A stretch of 63,764 nt of DNA, filler included, from Reticulomyxa filosa (GCA_000512085.1; 13 parts of 13 records of this genome joined end to end with filler, not necessarily neighbours in it); one strand, 5' to 3'; shown: positions 35,791-49,960, numbered from the whole stretch's first letter. The notes: generated by a model from the letters alone, not told the origin. Numbers and translations: made by a program.

Positions 35791-38544
35791 TGATTTGTAT
35801 GGAACAGATGAACAGACATTTAAGCAACAAAGTTTGGAGGAGGAAAATGTGTATGACAGCACGTATCCACAACAGCTGGTAAGGAAAGAATCGAATACGA
35901 TAAACAAAGACAATCATCAGAGTCCGCGTTATGAGCGATATCAAGAACAATTTAACACAACGAACTTCACAGTAAAAATGACAGCCGTAGATCCAATAGC
36001 ATCTCCACAAAGTGCGTGCACTCCCTCCCCTCCCCTTCTTGCATTATAATGTATACGTATTTTTTTAAAAAAATGTTTTGCGTTGACTTAAAAAAAAAAA
36101 AAAAAAAAAGGAGCAAAGACAAAAGGAAAAAGTAATTGGTAGTGGAGCTGACATGAATTGCGGGGGAATATTTGGAGAAGATGAAGAGTGGATAAAAAGA
36201 AAACACAAAAAACAGATAGACGAATATAAAGAAGCATTGGAAGCACAAGTGAACCATCAAAAAAAAAAAAGATGGAGGCACGAATGAAAGAACAAGGTAA
36301 ATTTGGAGGGAGGTAGGGAGGAGAGGAGAACACTTAATTGGTTTGTATATACCTATTTATACGTCAACTTGTTCTTTTTGTGAAATAACTCTGAGCTAAT
36401 AGAAGAGGAAAGAAGACTGGAGGAAAAACTGCAGAGAGAAAGGGAAGAATTGAAAAGAAAATTCGAGCGTGAAGCTGCAGGTGAGAATGACAAGCCTAAA
36501 CAAGTAACTGAAGATTACGACATGCCAAAGGTACCATCGCAAAAGAAAACGGAGTGGGCACTACTGAAAATGTAGTGTCCCAACTTTTCGATGAAATGAC
36601 CTTTTCCTCAAAACCAAACTCTTTGTATGCATTTATGTCTTTGATATCCATTTTTTGTTTGCATTAAGGACAAGCAACAACCATTAAACAAATGTATCAA
36701 CAAAAAAATAAACCATGCAATGTCTGCCTGTTCAAGTCCAAGCACATGTGTCAAGTCATCTAACGATATACAGGTATCTAAAGAATAACTTCTCTTTGAC
36801 TTATTTCTAACTACAAAATATTTTGTTCATTTCGATATATATATATATATATAATATATATATATATATGTATATAATGCGGAAAAAACAAGAATGATCA
36901 GCTTAGAGATCAAAAACCAAGAAAAAGGGAAAATGCAAAAATTGTTGAAGAAAATGACACTGGGGAGCATCTGTCCTGGCTTGAAAAATTTCAACGGAGG
37001 AGTGACCCTGACAACGTAGAGATAAAAAGGAGGTGGAAGACTTGAAACAAATGATCCAACAGCTCCAAAAGATACAACAAGTGAAAGCAATGGAGTCTCG
37101 TCAAAGTGTTCAAAGTGAATTGCATAATCAATTGATGCAATTAAAGGAAATGATTGTAACATTGAAACACAACGCGGCCACCAATGATACGCAGCCTGTA
37201 GTGGCAAAGGCAGCTACAAGAGACACAAATACGACACAACACCACTCTCTCATGACCGATGCACCTGCCTCTGAACAAATTCAAAATGGCCTGAACACAC
37301 AATGCGAAACACAGAGCCTCCAAGAAAAACACAAATGCACCTATGGATCTATTTCAGAGCATAAATCCGCAAGATTTGGAGTACTTCAAACAGATTCTAT
37401 CTGTTGATATAACAGAAGGAGAGACAAAGAAAACATTGCAGACGATAGCCAGCTCCCAACCCAAACTTGCACGATTCTCGTTCCTGAAGAGGATTTAGCC
37501 GCTACTCCAAATGTCCCAATGTTTGCTATTCTTTTTTTTTATTTTTTTGATATATGTTAATTTTGCTTTGAAAAAAAATTCCTCAATCTAAAACACGGAC
37601 TGCCTTGTTTGGCATTCACAATATACTAAGCAAGTTTTTTTTTCTTTTCAATTTTGCTCGCCCCTGTTCAAAAACTGAAAAAACAAAAAAAAATAAAAAG
37701 TGCCCCAGATCGACCAGATACTGCGTTTACATTATTGGAAGAAGATGAGGCACTAATGAGGGAAATGAATGATACAGCACAAATAGAACAGTGGAAATAT
37801 TTGAGATATCAACACCATAACCGAACGAGTTTCTTAATGCTGTCCAACTTTATTCTTAATTTATTTATTTGTTGCTAAGTTTTTCAAGCAAATTATAAAA
37901 AAAAATTGGTTGTATGCAATGTGTGGCCAATGGTACAAAGAAGAGGCCGCAGATGCAAAAACAGGACTCAGTTCTTCTCATTTCCTTGTCGAAAAGAGCA
38001 TTGATTCAAAGAGTTCATTATTGTTACTGTCAGATAAAATGGATGACTTGTTAGTAACAGAGAGCAACCAAAAAGAACAGAGTCCTAACACTCCAAAAAA
38101 TTTTACATTGCCGTCTTCAGAGCTAATTCGAAAGGATAGCAAAAAAAAGCTATTTTCATTGGATGAAAAGGGCGCAGATCCGGATATATTCCATCTATTT
38201 CAACTGAACAAAAAAAGATTATCGTATTTGCAGGCTACTGATATTTGCATTAATTCAGAGGTAATGCTACGTACAGATTTTGGAGCTGACTGACTCTTTT
38301 TTTTTTTAGTTCTGCTTTGAAAAAAAAATGGATAACTCTTGTTTGACAATAGGCCAAAGATACCCTTGAACCAACTTTGGAGGGGATCCGAAGGCTATTG
38401 GAACATGAGGCTAGTACACACGCTCAGCTAATTGACAATGAACCAGTAAACACCGAAAGGCCGCAAACATGTGCCTCTACTGTTTCATTGCAGTCTTTAT
38501 CCGTTCCTGCTCTAAGAAATACACAAATATCCTTTTTGGAATAA
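35790..38544 (+). CDS. Multi-exon coiled-coil protein (weak CCDC66/CSPP1-like segment), 5' end unresolved
   Basis: Exons include YKEALEAQV, EEERRLEEKLQREREELKRKFERE, ORFs 37033-37407 and 37910-38293, and a last exon ending QISFLE* at 38544. Confidence 0.5.
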
Positions 38545-38878
38545 TCAAATAACCTGTGTAACGTACTTGTCACAGAAAAATGCACATTCTTGTTAATTTA
38601 CCTCTTTTGTGTTGATGACACACTTCTTCAATTACATTACTTTTATTACTCCCTTTTTTAGTGCATGCAAAGGAGCAAAAAAAAAAAAAAGGTAAAAATA
38701 AAATAGCATGTTTTTTTTTTCTGGAAGATGCATTGTATCGGTTTCATGAATCTCTTTAAATGCATCCTGGTAAATAGTTTTCGAAAATACAACAGAAAAC
38801 AAGGACGTGTAAAACATTATCTCTAGAGCCACTTTGCAAATTGAGGTTCTGCTGCAGGAGAAATTAAAAAAAAAACTA

Positions 38879-40171
38879 ATGGCAACCGACATGAGTTTGA
38901 ATCATAATTTTGGGTTTTTTATCAGTATAGCATGCACAGCTCTTTGTTTCTCGGTCTTGTTTTTGCAATACTGTTCGTATAAAAAATATTGGCAAATCTC
39001 GAAGCACTCAGGGGACGAACGTAAGCAAGCACGTTTGATGCTGTTCATATTGTACGGGATTTATGTGAGTAACAATATCTGCTGTATATTGAACTTACTT
39101 ATGTGGATAGCATTTCCAAATGCGAGTATTTGTCACCATGGGCCAGTAGTGATTGAAATTTGTTATTGCATCGGAAAATTTTTCACGTATTTGTTTTATA
39201 CTCGACGGGCTCGTCTCACTCAAAACAATACGTATTTGTGCTTACCAGCATATTGTTTTGAAAGAGTGATACCCAGTTTTTTGACGCTGTTTGTGCTATC
39301 ATTTATTTTGGTCTTGGTATTCAATGGAAAGAATGATGGCTCCGTCAGTTATAATGGAAATAATGTGTCACTTTATGTGTATTGTCTCAATCACACATGC
39401 AAAAAAAAAAAAAAAAAAAAGAGGGGATAGCAACACCCAACAAAAAAAAAAAAAATGAACAAATAATCAAATAATAACAATATGTGACGATGATGGCAAC
39501 AACAACAATAAACCCAAGTTGAAAATGACAAGATATGGTTGACACATCGATACTGCGAAGTGAAGGTGACAGGCAATTGGTACTGGATTAAGGCTGGAGG
39601 GCTTATTGAATTAGGATTTTTTATGTTTTTTTCGATCATATTTGCATACCCATTACACAAATTTTTGAAGCATTCAAAATATGGTTTTGCAGCTGCACCA
39701 ACATACACTTCAGTGATGTCAACAACCAATCACAATGACAACACATCAAATCAGCAACGGCAAACTACGCTATTGTCTTGCGAAACCACTATATCTCTAC
39801 GTAAAGAATTCAAAAAAGTGTTACGCTACAATTTGACTTTATCTGTGGCCGCATCTTTGACTTCTTTCTTAACTCTATGGTTTTGGCCAAGTCCGCGAAA
39901 ACATGATCAAAGGTGGTTCATTGCACTGATTGATTACTGTGTTGCTGTCCTCACTACTTTTGCAATGTCAGGCAGAAATCGAAAATTTTTACATTATTAC
40001 TTTTCCTCTTGTCGTTGCCATCAATTAACTGACTACTGTTATTGCTCTATGTGCTTTCGTAATACCAATGACAATGATCCTTTGAGAAATCGTCAGTTAA
40101 TGGTTCGAGCTGACTCTTGCGATCTTCAACCTAATTTTCATCACATCAAAAACGTGGCTGCTGTTGAGTGA
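38879..40171 (+). CDS. Seven-transmembrane (GPCR-like) membrane protein, 2 exons
   Basis: Four hydrophobic helices in ORF 38834-39430 and three in ORF 39539-40171; extracellular Cys residues; basic C-tail. Confidence 0.6.
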
Positions 40172-40580
40172 TTTGTTTTGTTTTATTTCACACAATGATT
40201 TTAGAGGACATTTTGTTGTATATTAAATAAACAAATATGCATTTGTGTTCTCAAAAAAAAACACAAAAGCGAATTACATTTATTTTTGCAAACTACTTTT
40301 TGTTCAGTAAATGTTCGATTTAAGAGTGTTAGCTACTTAATTTGCTTTTATTCATTATTTTTATAAGTGGAAGAAATAAAAATCATTTCAAAGTGTACGC
40401 AGATACAACTCTATGTTGAAAGATCATATATCACAATTTTAAATATTTTTTGTTTTGACTCCAAGTAATAAATAACCTTAAAAGAACAGAACAAAAAGCT
40501 CTTTTGAAACTAAAAAAAAAGGAAACGCAATTATTTTTCAAATTGAAAACATTAATAAACCGAGCATTCACTCTCAAAAA

Positions 40581-42308
40581 ATGTCCTATACAAGGATTTG
40601 CGTAACAATCGATTCAAAGGAATACCAACTTGAGTTTATATCCTTAACAATTGAAACCTTGAGACAGCAAGTCATCGAAGCAAGCAACAGCGGTCAACAA
40701 GGAAGCGAATTGATAAAAATAACAGACGACAACGCATGCGATATTGAAACATCCCAACAGCTTCAACAAGCAGTTGCAGACGGCAGACTTCGTTTTATTG
40801 CGTGTTTCCAGCCAAGTTTATATCTGTTTTTCCTTCTTACGAAGAATGTGCATAATCCATAATCTTAAAAAAAAAAAAAAAAAAAAGAAAAGATAGTAAG
40901 CAAGTCGGATATCGATCAGTTGTTCGAAAGAGGAGATATACAACCCGTATCGATTAATTATTGCGATAATTATTATTTGCCCCCAAATTTGCAGTATCAA
41001 CCAATGGATGATAAAAAGAATGACATACAAATGGAAACTAATGGCAATGTAGAAACGTTGGATTTTAAGAAACATTGGAACAGAGGTTGGAGGAAAGCAA
41101 ATGTGGAAGCAGTCAAAATGGTTAATACAATGCTGAATAAAAAGGAACAAGGATTGATTGTTGTGGCCAAAAATCTGTTTGAATGGCAAAAGATAGCAAA
41201 TCCAGATTTAATCAAAACTTATCATAATTCCTTTTTATTCCGCTTGTTGGTGAATAACGACAAAGTGAATAAAAAACAATTTCGAGAATACTGTGTATAT
41301 ACAATGAAAGACAAGTTGCTACATTTGGATGGACTAGATGTTGATGGCAATGTGTACGCAATAAACTGTGAAATCCAATCCCAAGAAAATATCAATGTCA
41401 CAACACAGTTCTATGTTACAAAAGACACCATCATAGATCAAAAGTTAAAAAAATTAATTTCACCGATTCAATGGAATACCAAAATACACTATGAAATTCC
41501 ACTGAAAATTCAAGAAATTGAAGACAAAGAAGAGAATTGTTCAGGGAAACAACTTTTTGATGATGCAATTGTTCATTTACAAAATTATTTGCAACTTTCT
41601 ATTGAGATGTTCGGAGTCAATAATCATTATGTTGCCATTGCATACAATCTGCTTGCCATCGCATACTATCATAAAGGACAAAATAGCAAGGCGATAGAAT
41701 ATAATGAAAAAGCATTGAAACTTTTATTACATATTTTTGGGATGAAATGTGTTTTTGTTGCTCAATTGTATGAGAATTTAGGAGTTACTTATAAAAACAA
41801 TGGGCGGCATGACAAGGCGATCGAATGTTATATGAATTCATTAAATATTGGATTGGAACTTTTTGGAGAAAATAATACTGATGTTGCTGCATCATATAAC
41901 AGTTTAGGGCATGTTTATCATAATAAAGGACATTTTGACGATGCGATTCAACTTTATGAAAAGGCGTTGAAAATTCGATTGGATATTTTTGGAAATAATC
42001 ATGATGATGTTGCTAACTCTTACAACAATATAGGAAATGCTTTTTACAGGAAAGAACAGAATGAAAAGGCAATCGAATATTACGAAAAAGCTTTGACAAT
42101 CAGAAAGACAATATTTGGAAATTCGAGGCAATCAGTTGGTGATTCATATTGGAATTTGGGACTAGCATTTAAGCAAAAAGGAGAAAAGAAAGTGGCATGC
42201 AAATATTATAATGAAGCTTGGAAACTATACAGCGTGTCATTGGGAGAATGGCACGTTACAACATTGGGAGCAAAGGAAAAAGTCAAAGAATTGTACGAAG
42301 ATCTGTGA
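40581..42308 (+). CDS. TPR-repeat protein with a small PB1/Ubl-like N-terminal exon
   Basis: Kinesin-light-chain-type 42-aa TPRs (DVAASYNSLGHVYHNKGHFDDAIQLYEKALKIRLDIFG). First exon 40581-40816. Confidence 0.88.
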
Positions 42309-43767
42309 GACTTTTGATTGCTCAAGCAAAATAATTAAAAGTATTTTTAAATTTTATCAAAAGTAATTAAAACAAGTAATTCCTTAAATAACATGAGATC
42401 AAAACAATGTCAAATTTGCAATTGGAAAAAAATTGTGCATAAGATATTTAATCATTAGAAGTGTTTTGTTCTCCTAATTAAAACTAACAATAAATGCTGT
42501 CATTAAGATAATCATCTTTCTCAACAAAATGATAAGCTATGGAAAAAAAAAACGTGATTACTACAACTGGAGTTATCCTAATGACAACCATAATGTATCA
42601 ACTCATTCTTCTGACCAGAGTAGTCACGGATGGCAAGCACCATATTACTTTCGTATTATTATTACATTTTTCTTTATTTTTGTCACTATTTTGTTGACGA
42701 TGCTAAAAAAACCAAAGATTAGATGGTACAACAACACTCAAAACAAATTTATTAAAAAATAATACGCTTGTAGATATTGTTCATTATTCCCTCAAAACAT
42801 GATGTAAATTTTTTGCTTAATATTATTTTTGTCGTCGAAACTCGTTTCAAAGAGACAAGGTGATATACTTAAAAAATATCCTAATAAATAATAATCTTTG
42901 AAATCTCTCCGTCTAAAGTCATCAAATCAACAAATAGTTGAAGTCATAATGTACTACAAGTCACTATTAACTTTACTAATCGCAGCAATTGATAGTGTCG
43001 TTGCTTCGTATTCACGAAAAAGACAACGCAAATGAAAATTTTACGTCCGTTTAAATACAATAATGAAAAATAATCTATTACAACCTTTGCAAATAAGTTC
43101 TACTCTGAAGCAATTCGTTTTATTGTTTACCAACAGAAAACTAATGTTTTATTAGTTACAATAAAATAAACATTGTGTTTACTTGAAAGAATATTATGAT
43201 GTAATATGCATTTCTTGCATCAACTTCCAATTATTGTTATGCGAAAAAGCGGAGGCAGCAAAATGTTACACAAACAATAGTTGTGTTTTGATATCGTCAC
43301 AAGAGTTAACTCATGTTGTGTTATAACACATCATATGACTTCCTCTTCATCCAATTTCAGCTTGATCCACGCTCGTATATACCTAATAATAACCTCATTG
43401 ATATACATCTAAAAAATTTAATCTATTTACTTTATAACTAATTAAATTTATTCTACTTTTTTTAACAACGTCTAAAAAAAATTAAAGAAAGATTATAATA
43501 TATTTTTATTTTCAAAAAAACTTGATTATAAAAAAATTCAGCATATAGTACATTAAGCTTCTGATAGCAAAATTATGACAAAATCTTTGACATATATTCA
43601 AGAATTAGAAAACACTTCTCTTCGATCTTTTAAACAGAACGTCACTAGTTTTTGTTTTTGAACACCAACAACAAGATAAAGTACGCAACGATTTCGTTGA
43701 CCCTGCTTTTTTGAGTCTTGTGATATTATAACGGCTCGTAAATTTAACTGTAATACGAGTGATAATA

Positions 43768-45697
43768 ATGTGGAATTTAGGAAGTCAGAATCCAATTGTG
43801 ATATTGGCATGTTTCGTTATAGTGTTCAGTAGTTTCTTACTGGCACCTTGGGTTTTGTATATGCTGTTCCGGCACAAAAGGAATTACGTAGATGAACCGG
43901 AGCCAAGCCGTTGGAAGCGGTTATTAGAAATGCGAACAAAACAAAAGCAGCTCCTCTGGCCGTATATATCGATAAGCATGGTACTGGCGATAGGTGTGCA
44001 CATAAGCATAACAAGTGCAGTGTATCTATACTACGAGACGATATTTCCAAGAGAGCTAGCGAGCAAAGAAAGAAAGGAAGGGGACAAGTTGCGATTGGAC
44101 CTGTTGATCTGTATGTACCTTCCCATATATTCGCTGTCATTATGTCAACTGTTACTGCGGATGTATATACTAAGTAAGTCATTGTATGCTTCGATTAGAA
44201 GACGTGTTATTGCAAGCAAAATCGCAAGGAGCAAATGGTTATCCTTTTGGTTTGAGCGTCTGACCATTCCATCATTTCTGGCAATTCTAGTTGCTTCCAT
44301 TCTGATCCCATTAGCTGTATCCTTGTAAATCTTTTCTTTTTTTTTTTTTTTTTTTTGTATGTGTTATGTGTTCCGTCGTCTGTACAATAAAAAAAATGAG
44401 GTATACGTAAGACTAAAAGTGGGTGATCACAAATTTGATTGGTTGTCTTTTTTTTTAAAAAAAAACAACCACAAAAATTGGGTGGAAAAAAAGAGGGGTA
44501 AAGCACAAGGTGATGTCAAATGGGAACGGAAATGAAGCAATGGTCTCCGAATACAAGTTGGTGATAACGTTATGGTACTTATTTCCATTGGTTATACTCA
44601 GTATAATATTGAGTTCGACATGGAGGAGAATAGGAAAATGGCTTGATATTGCAAATGGTATTGCGATCGATGTGCGCTCAAAGTTTTATTATGAGCTCAT
44701 TTCGAGTGAGTGCATATTCCTTTGCACCCTCGTTTTGTTTAGCGTATTCCTTACTTGGATTGCTATTTTTGCCATGTCATTTTTTTTCGCAGATCCTTCG
44801 TCATCATCGTCACCACCATCCACAGTGCTATCTGTGATTTGGTGTATTCTAATATTTCTGCAAAATGTAGTTCTTGGTTCGTCTGTATGGTACTCGCTGC
44901 AATGGATTCCTTTTCTTACCCTTCAAAAGCTACGTCGCTTTCGGTCTCCTCACCGCCTTTTGTCGTCCATGACCTTGCCTATGGCTGCTTCTCTTCCTGA
45001 CGTTCACGCCGGCTGTGTTCCCACACCTTCCGCTCAGTCTTCCCTTTCACAAAAACCAATGCTATTAATTGTAAAATCACGTTCGTTTGTTTGCTTGCTT
45101 TTGTCTGCTTGTTTAACTTGATTGATCAATTCCAACAGAGAGCTTTTTTTTTTTTACTTTGTCATTTGTATTTCCCCCCCCCCCCTTCGTTTCTCTCGTA
45201 TACGTGCGCATGTAATACGCAACAGAAAGTGAAGACGATGTTGAAATAAAGTACGTGGGGGATGCAAACGCCCACATGACTGGGATAAACGAAGAGAAGG
45301 AAGAGGAGGATAATAGCAACATCGAATATATCAATGACGATGATGGCAGCGACAATGGCGGCAATGTCGCTAACAATAATGGCGATAATCATGCTAATAA
45401 TAATAATAATAATAATGATAATGTTGATAACCATGGCAACAATAATGATAACAGTAATAATAATAATAATAATAATAATAGTAATGACAATAATAATGAC
45501 AGTAACAATAATGATAACAGTGAGAAAAAGAATAATGAAAACAATGGAAAATTATTGCATCGACGGAAATCGTGGTCATCTCCCACTAAATCTATTTCGT
45601 TTCACGATAATCCCTTGAGCACTGGAGCATGTGATAGTAATACCTGTTCACAAGAGAAGGCCTCTGTTAATGGACACGTCATTTTCAAAATGCCAAA
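43768..45697 (+). CDS. Multi-pass (7TM-like) membrane protein with Asn-rich cytoplasmic tail, 3'-truncated
   Basis: Hydrophobic ORFs 43759-44328 and 44510-45121, then poly-Asn exon 45255-45697. Confidence 0.6.
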
Positions 45698-45852
45698 GTT
45701 ATTCCTTTCTCCTTTTTTTTTTTTTTTTTCAAAAAAAAAAAAAAAAAAAAAANNNNNNNNNNNNNNNNNNNNNNNNNNNNNNNNNNNNNNNNNNNNTTAA
45801 TTAATTAANNNNNNNNNNNNNNNNNNNNNNNNNNNNNNNNNNNNNNNNNNNN

Positions 45853-45894
45853 AGTGCCATTTATGTATGGCAGTTTTTTTTGCAATCTACTGTA
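45853..45894 (-). repeat. Terminal inverted repeat end of a Tc1/mariner-like element (second copy) with TA target site
   Basis: agtgccatttatgtatggcagttttttttgcaatctactg|ta is near-identical to 54213-54254. Confidence 0.75.
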
Positions 45895-46096
45895 TTTAGA
45901 ACATTTTTGTGCTACTTTGTTGTTCAATGAATATTAGTTGATTTTTGCATTAAAAAAAAGGAATTATTTTTCATTTAATTATCCTCTCAATAAAAACAAT
46001 TTTTCCAAAAAAAAAACGAAATGAAAAAACTCAAAAAAATGAGTTGAAGAATTTATAATTTGTAATTTGATATAATTTGAAAATAATTATAATTCT

Positions 46097-47400
46097 TCAA
46101 AATTTACTGTATTTAAAAATAATATTGTCAAAATCATCGATCCATCCTAATTTTATCTTTAAAATTCGAACCCAATGTTCAATCAAAGTTCTTATTTCTT
46201 TTTTTGACTATTCATCACATAAGACTTCATTTATTTGTGTTCCATATCAAAATAAATCATAAATTAACAAATTATTACCAACTTTGAAGGATCCCATACA
46301 CGCACTTTCGTTTTCATGTGAGTTAATACTCCAATAATGTGTATATCATTGTCTTCTTCACTCCATATTGCAACACAATCTCTTAATTGGACTGGGTAAA
46401 GTGTTTTCAAATGTTATCCATTTGTTTTTTCGAATTGAATACTTGTCCACTGATTTTGAAACGATATCATTATCAAAATCCCATCCATGTCCACCAAAGA
46501 ACAAGATGATATCATTAATACACACATATGCATATGCATTGAATGGTGCAATACTCTTACAAACAGGTAGTTGATGAAATTGGAAAGTGTTGTTATCTTC
46601 ATCATATTCTATTAATAATCCTGTCTTTTCACAAAACAACAGCATTTGATAATATTGTTTATTTTTTGATTTGTTTTCCTCATTTCTTGTACTTGTCCAT
46701 TTCCTGATTTTGATACAAAGCAATGAAACAATATTTCATCATTAGTTGGTAATTGATCATGTTTAATAAATTGAAATGTATTTAAATCAAACACACTAAT
46801 ATTATTTCTCCAATAAGTGATAAATAACAAATGATTGTTGATTCCACCAATCAACGCACGCGCTCCATTATAACGATCGCCATCTCTTCCAATGATAATA
46901 GGATGATTGTGATAGTCAATAAAAGGAATCCATCGATTGTAATAGTTAGATTGGTTGGATCGATTGAATTGATTGAATTGTTTTGATTGATTCATTTCAT
47001 CATTATTGTTGTCATCACTCCAAACACTTACATATTTCATCACCAATGTATGTTTATTTAATCCACCCCAAGTAGATCCAAAAGACAACAAAGTGATTGT
47101 ATTGTTATGTTTGTCGTTGTTACTGTTGCTATCTACCAGTTTCACTACACTGTGCCCAAATAATTGAACATCACTTGGATACTGACAGATCAACTTGTAT
47201 TCGTTTTTGAGTGTATGATAAGAATAGCACGCTCTTTCATTTCTACCTCCACAAATGAGGAGTTCGTGTTTGTGTAGCACACATTGAGATTGAGAAAGTG
47301 GAATGGGCAACTCCTTCAAAGTTAGAAAGTGTGTATTACTCAGTTGATTTGGTTCAGTTTCTCTTTCAAGAGAGTTTTGTGTAGTAGTTTGCTTGGCCAT
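46097..47400 (-). CDS. Kelch-like beta-propeller protein with a C-terminal HWxRILxIKLGWIxDFD module; contains frameshifts (pseudogene or homopolymer errors)
   Basis: LPIPLSQSQCVLHKHELLICGG..CYSYH and IILFFGG..VDKYSIRKNKW. The frame changes near 46680 and 46380. Last exon 46097-46207. Confidence 0.7.
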
Positions 47401-47655
47401 ATTGTTGATGTTTAGGAAGTTTTTTTTTTAGTTTAATTTATTTAGAAAAAGGGGCTGTGACCTGATCCTTTTTGAAAACAAAAAAAATTTAGATTGACAC
47501 ATTTTGTTTGGTTAAATATAATTTGAGCAACGAAAATTGAAATGAGTGAAAGATTNNNNNNNNNNNNNNNNNNNNNNNNNNNNNNNNNNNNNNNNNNNNT
47601 TAATTAATTAANNNNNNNNNNNNNNNNNNNNNNNNNNNNNNNNNNNNNNNNNNNN

Positions 47656-47697
47656 TGATGATAATTGATTTTCTCCATGAAAAATCAATTATCATCA
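47656..47697. repeat. 17-bp perfect inverted repeat whose centre matches the Tc1-like subterminal sequence
   Basis: tgatgataattgatttt-ctccatga-aaaatcaattatcatca; gattttctccatgaaaaa is the reverse complement of 54181-54198. Confidence 0.75.
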
Positions 47698-48090
47698 TAT
47701 GATATCGTTTTAGGCGTTCAGTTTTCTTTGCAACATATTGTAGCCCAACCTAAAGGACGTCAAAAACAAGGATACATTATTGTTTAAGGAAAACTTCTAT
47801 ATAGTACTAAATTTTCACATAATTTTATTTTATCTATGAGTGCATTACGTCGTATCGGTTATGCGTTGATGTTGGAGCATGAAAAATGTGAGCATGTACA
47901 ATCGGACGAAATATTGGAAGATCAAGATTTGGAGTCCGTTGCTGATAGTGTCAAAGCAGTAGATATAGATGCAAACATTGCCAAGAATAAAGAAAAATCG
48001 AATATTAAACATACAGCACTAACGTCATAGTCACATAGTGATGTTGTGGTACTAAAGGAAAAAATCGAATGCAATAATGTTGACCTGTGA

Positions 48091-48189
48091 ACAATCGTTG
48101 CATCTTATAACGTGACACCCAACAAAATGTCAAAGGTGAGTCCTCATGAGTTGGTATATGGGAAAAGTTTCACATGGCACCAGATGTAA
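48091..48189 (+). pseudogene. LTR-retrotransposon integrase core C-terminal relic
   Basis: TIVASYNVTPNKMSKVSPHELVYGK matches the Ty3/gypsy pattern AYNxxxHxxTxxSPxELxYG; flanked by stops. Confidence 0.55.
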
Positions 48190-48677
48190 AATTGCAATTG
48201 GTAGAAAAAGGAGACGAGAAAATACTTGAGTCAGACGTCACAAATTTTATATTCTAAACATAATATAGAAACTGAACATAAGAATATAGTCTGATAATTG
48301 GATATTAGCATAAAAAAAATTTAAAGAGTTAAAGAGAAAAAACATCTTTTAAAATTATTGCAATTATAACTGTGTCAAGAGTATTATACAATAGATAAAT
48401 CGTCAGTAGAAAGTCTTGCAATATACAAATATGTTTACATTCTTGTCATAATGTCTATCAAGTGATTATTGTTTCCACTTAAAGGATTTGTGTTGTTTAG
48501 CATAGAGTATTCAATGTCGTAATTCATGTGTGTTTATTTTTAATATACTGATATAACTGTTCACGAGTTGCTTGAACGGTGCATGCGCTTTTCTTAAGAG
48601 GATTTTTGAGTGTTACTTGTGTATTTCCCTTTAAGATTTTATTTCTCGCGTTGATTGCGATTATCTGACACGAAGGA

Positions 48678-49669
48678 ATGTCTGAGGTACGTGTCACTTT
48701 TTCTAAAGTATTCTTGCATTACTTATTTATAACATGTTTTATTTTTTTAAAAAAAAGAAATTGAAAGAGTACACCTGGAAAGAGGTCGCAGAACACAACA
48801 ACGAAAAAAGTTGTTGGTTGTATATTGACCGAAATGTGTATGACGTGACATCATTTTTGCCAAGACATCCAGGAGGCAAAGACATGATATTATTGATGGC
48901 TGGCCGCGATTGTACTGATTTATTTATTGCATATCATCCTTTCACAGAGAGGCCCAGAGAAGTATTGAAAAAGTTTCAAGTTTTGTGTTTGTTAAATGTG
49001 GAGGGAAGAATCAAAACTGAGCCATTTTTCGGATGACGTGTCAGTACTTTTTGGAAACATGTCGAAACTTTGAACGAATAAACAGATCGGAGTATTGAAA
49101 GGTGACACAGAATTTGGGCGATACAAAGCAGATTCTGGTTTTTACAAGACAGTGCGTCAAAGAGTAGGAAAATATTTTGTAGACAACAAATTGGACTACA
49201 AAGTTACTTTTGTTTTGAAGAAAAAGGCAAACAAATATGCAAAAAACATTCACACCTAAAAAAAAAATACTGACATTGTGTGCATCGAAAGAGTCCCTAT
49301 TCTAGTTTGCTTCGATTGCTTATATCTGGCGGTCTAATGTTTTTGTGTTGGTACTTGGCAATGACTTGTCGAGACGAATTGTCGTTTCGTTATCGTATGT
49401 ACTTGTCCATTATCGCGGGTGTTTTCCAAGCATTAAATCTGCTTCACACAATGGTCTTAAAAAAAAAAAAAAAAAAGTAAATTGGAAAGGGGGAGGGGAG
49501 TGGTCGAACAAGGGGAAAAAATAAAACATATGCGCATCCACAAACACACAGCATGACTGCAGTCACACGGCGTTGTCACATTGGCCCAATACATGGAGAT
49601 ACTTGGGAATTGTGACCATGGACTTGTTCAGTGCTTGCTCATTCGAGGCATGGCTCCATCAACACACGG
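48678..49669 (+). CDS. Cytochrome b5-fused front-end fatty acid desaturase (delta-5/delta-6 type), multi-exon, 3'-truncated
   Basis: b5 domain YTWKEVAEHN..VYDVTSFLPRHPGG. FYKTVRQRV, first His box MHDCSH (across an intron) and start of the second box WLHQH. Confidence 0.88.
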
Positions 49670-49877
49670 NNNNNNNNNNNNNNNNNNNNNNNNNNNNNNN
49701 NNNNNNNNNNNNNTTAATTAATTAANNNNNNNNNNNNNNNNNNNNNNNNNNNNNNNNNNNNNNNNNNNNTTTCAATACAGTTTCAATTTATATGAACTCC
49801 TTCGAAATTTTTAAAAATCATTTAAAAAAATCATATTTTTGATCAACATAGGAAAAACTTATTATAAAACCAATTTA

Positions 49878-49960
49878 ATATTTAAAAACTACAATATTAG
49901 TATATATTTTTTTTAAAAAAAATTTGGTTTAAATCTTTATTTTTCATTGAGAAAATCGAT
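49878..49960 (-). repeat. Subterminal fragment of the same Tc1-like element
   Basis: About 80 bp near-identical to 54127-54201 (tttaaaaacta..attagtata..ggtttaaatctttatttttcat.gagaaaatcgatt). Confidence 0.75.
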
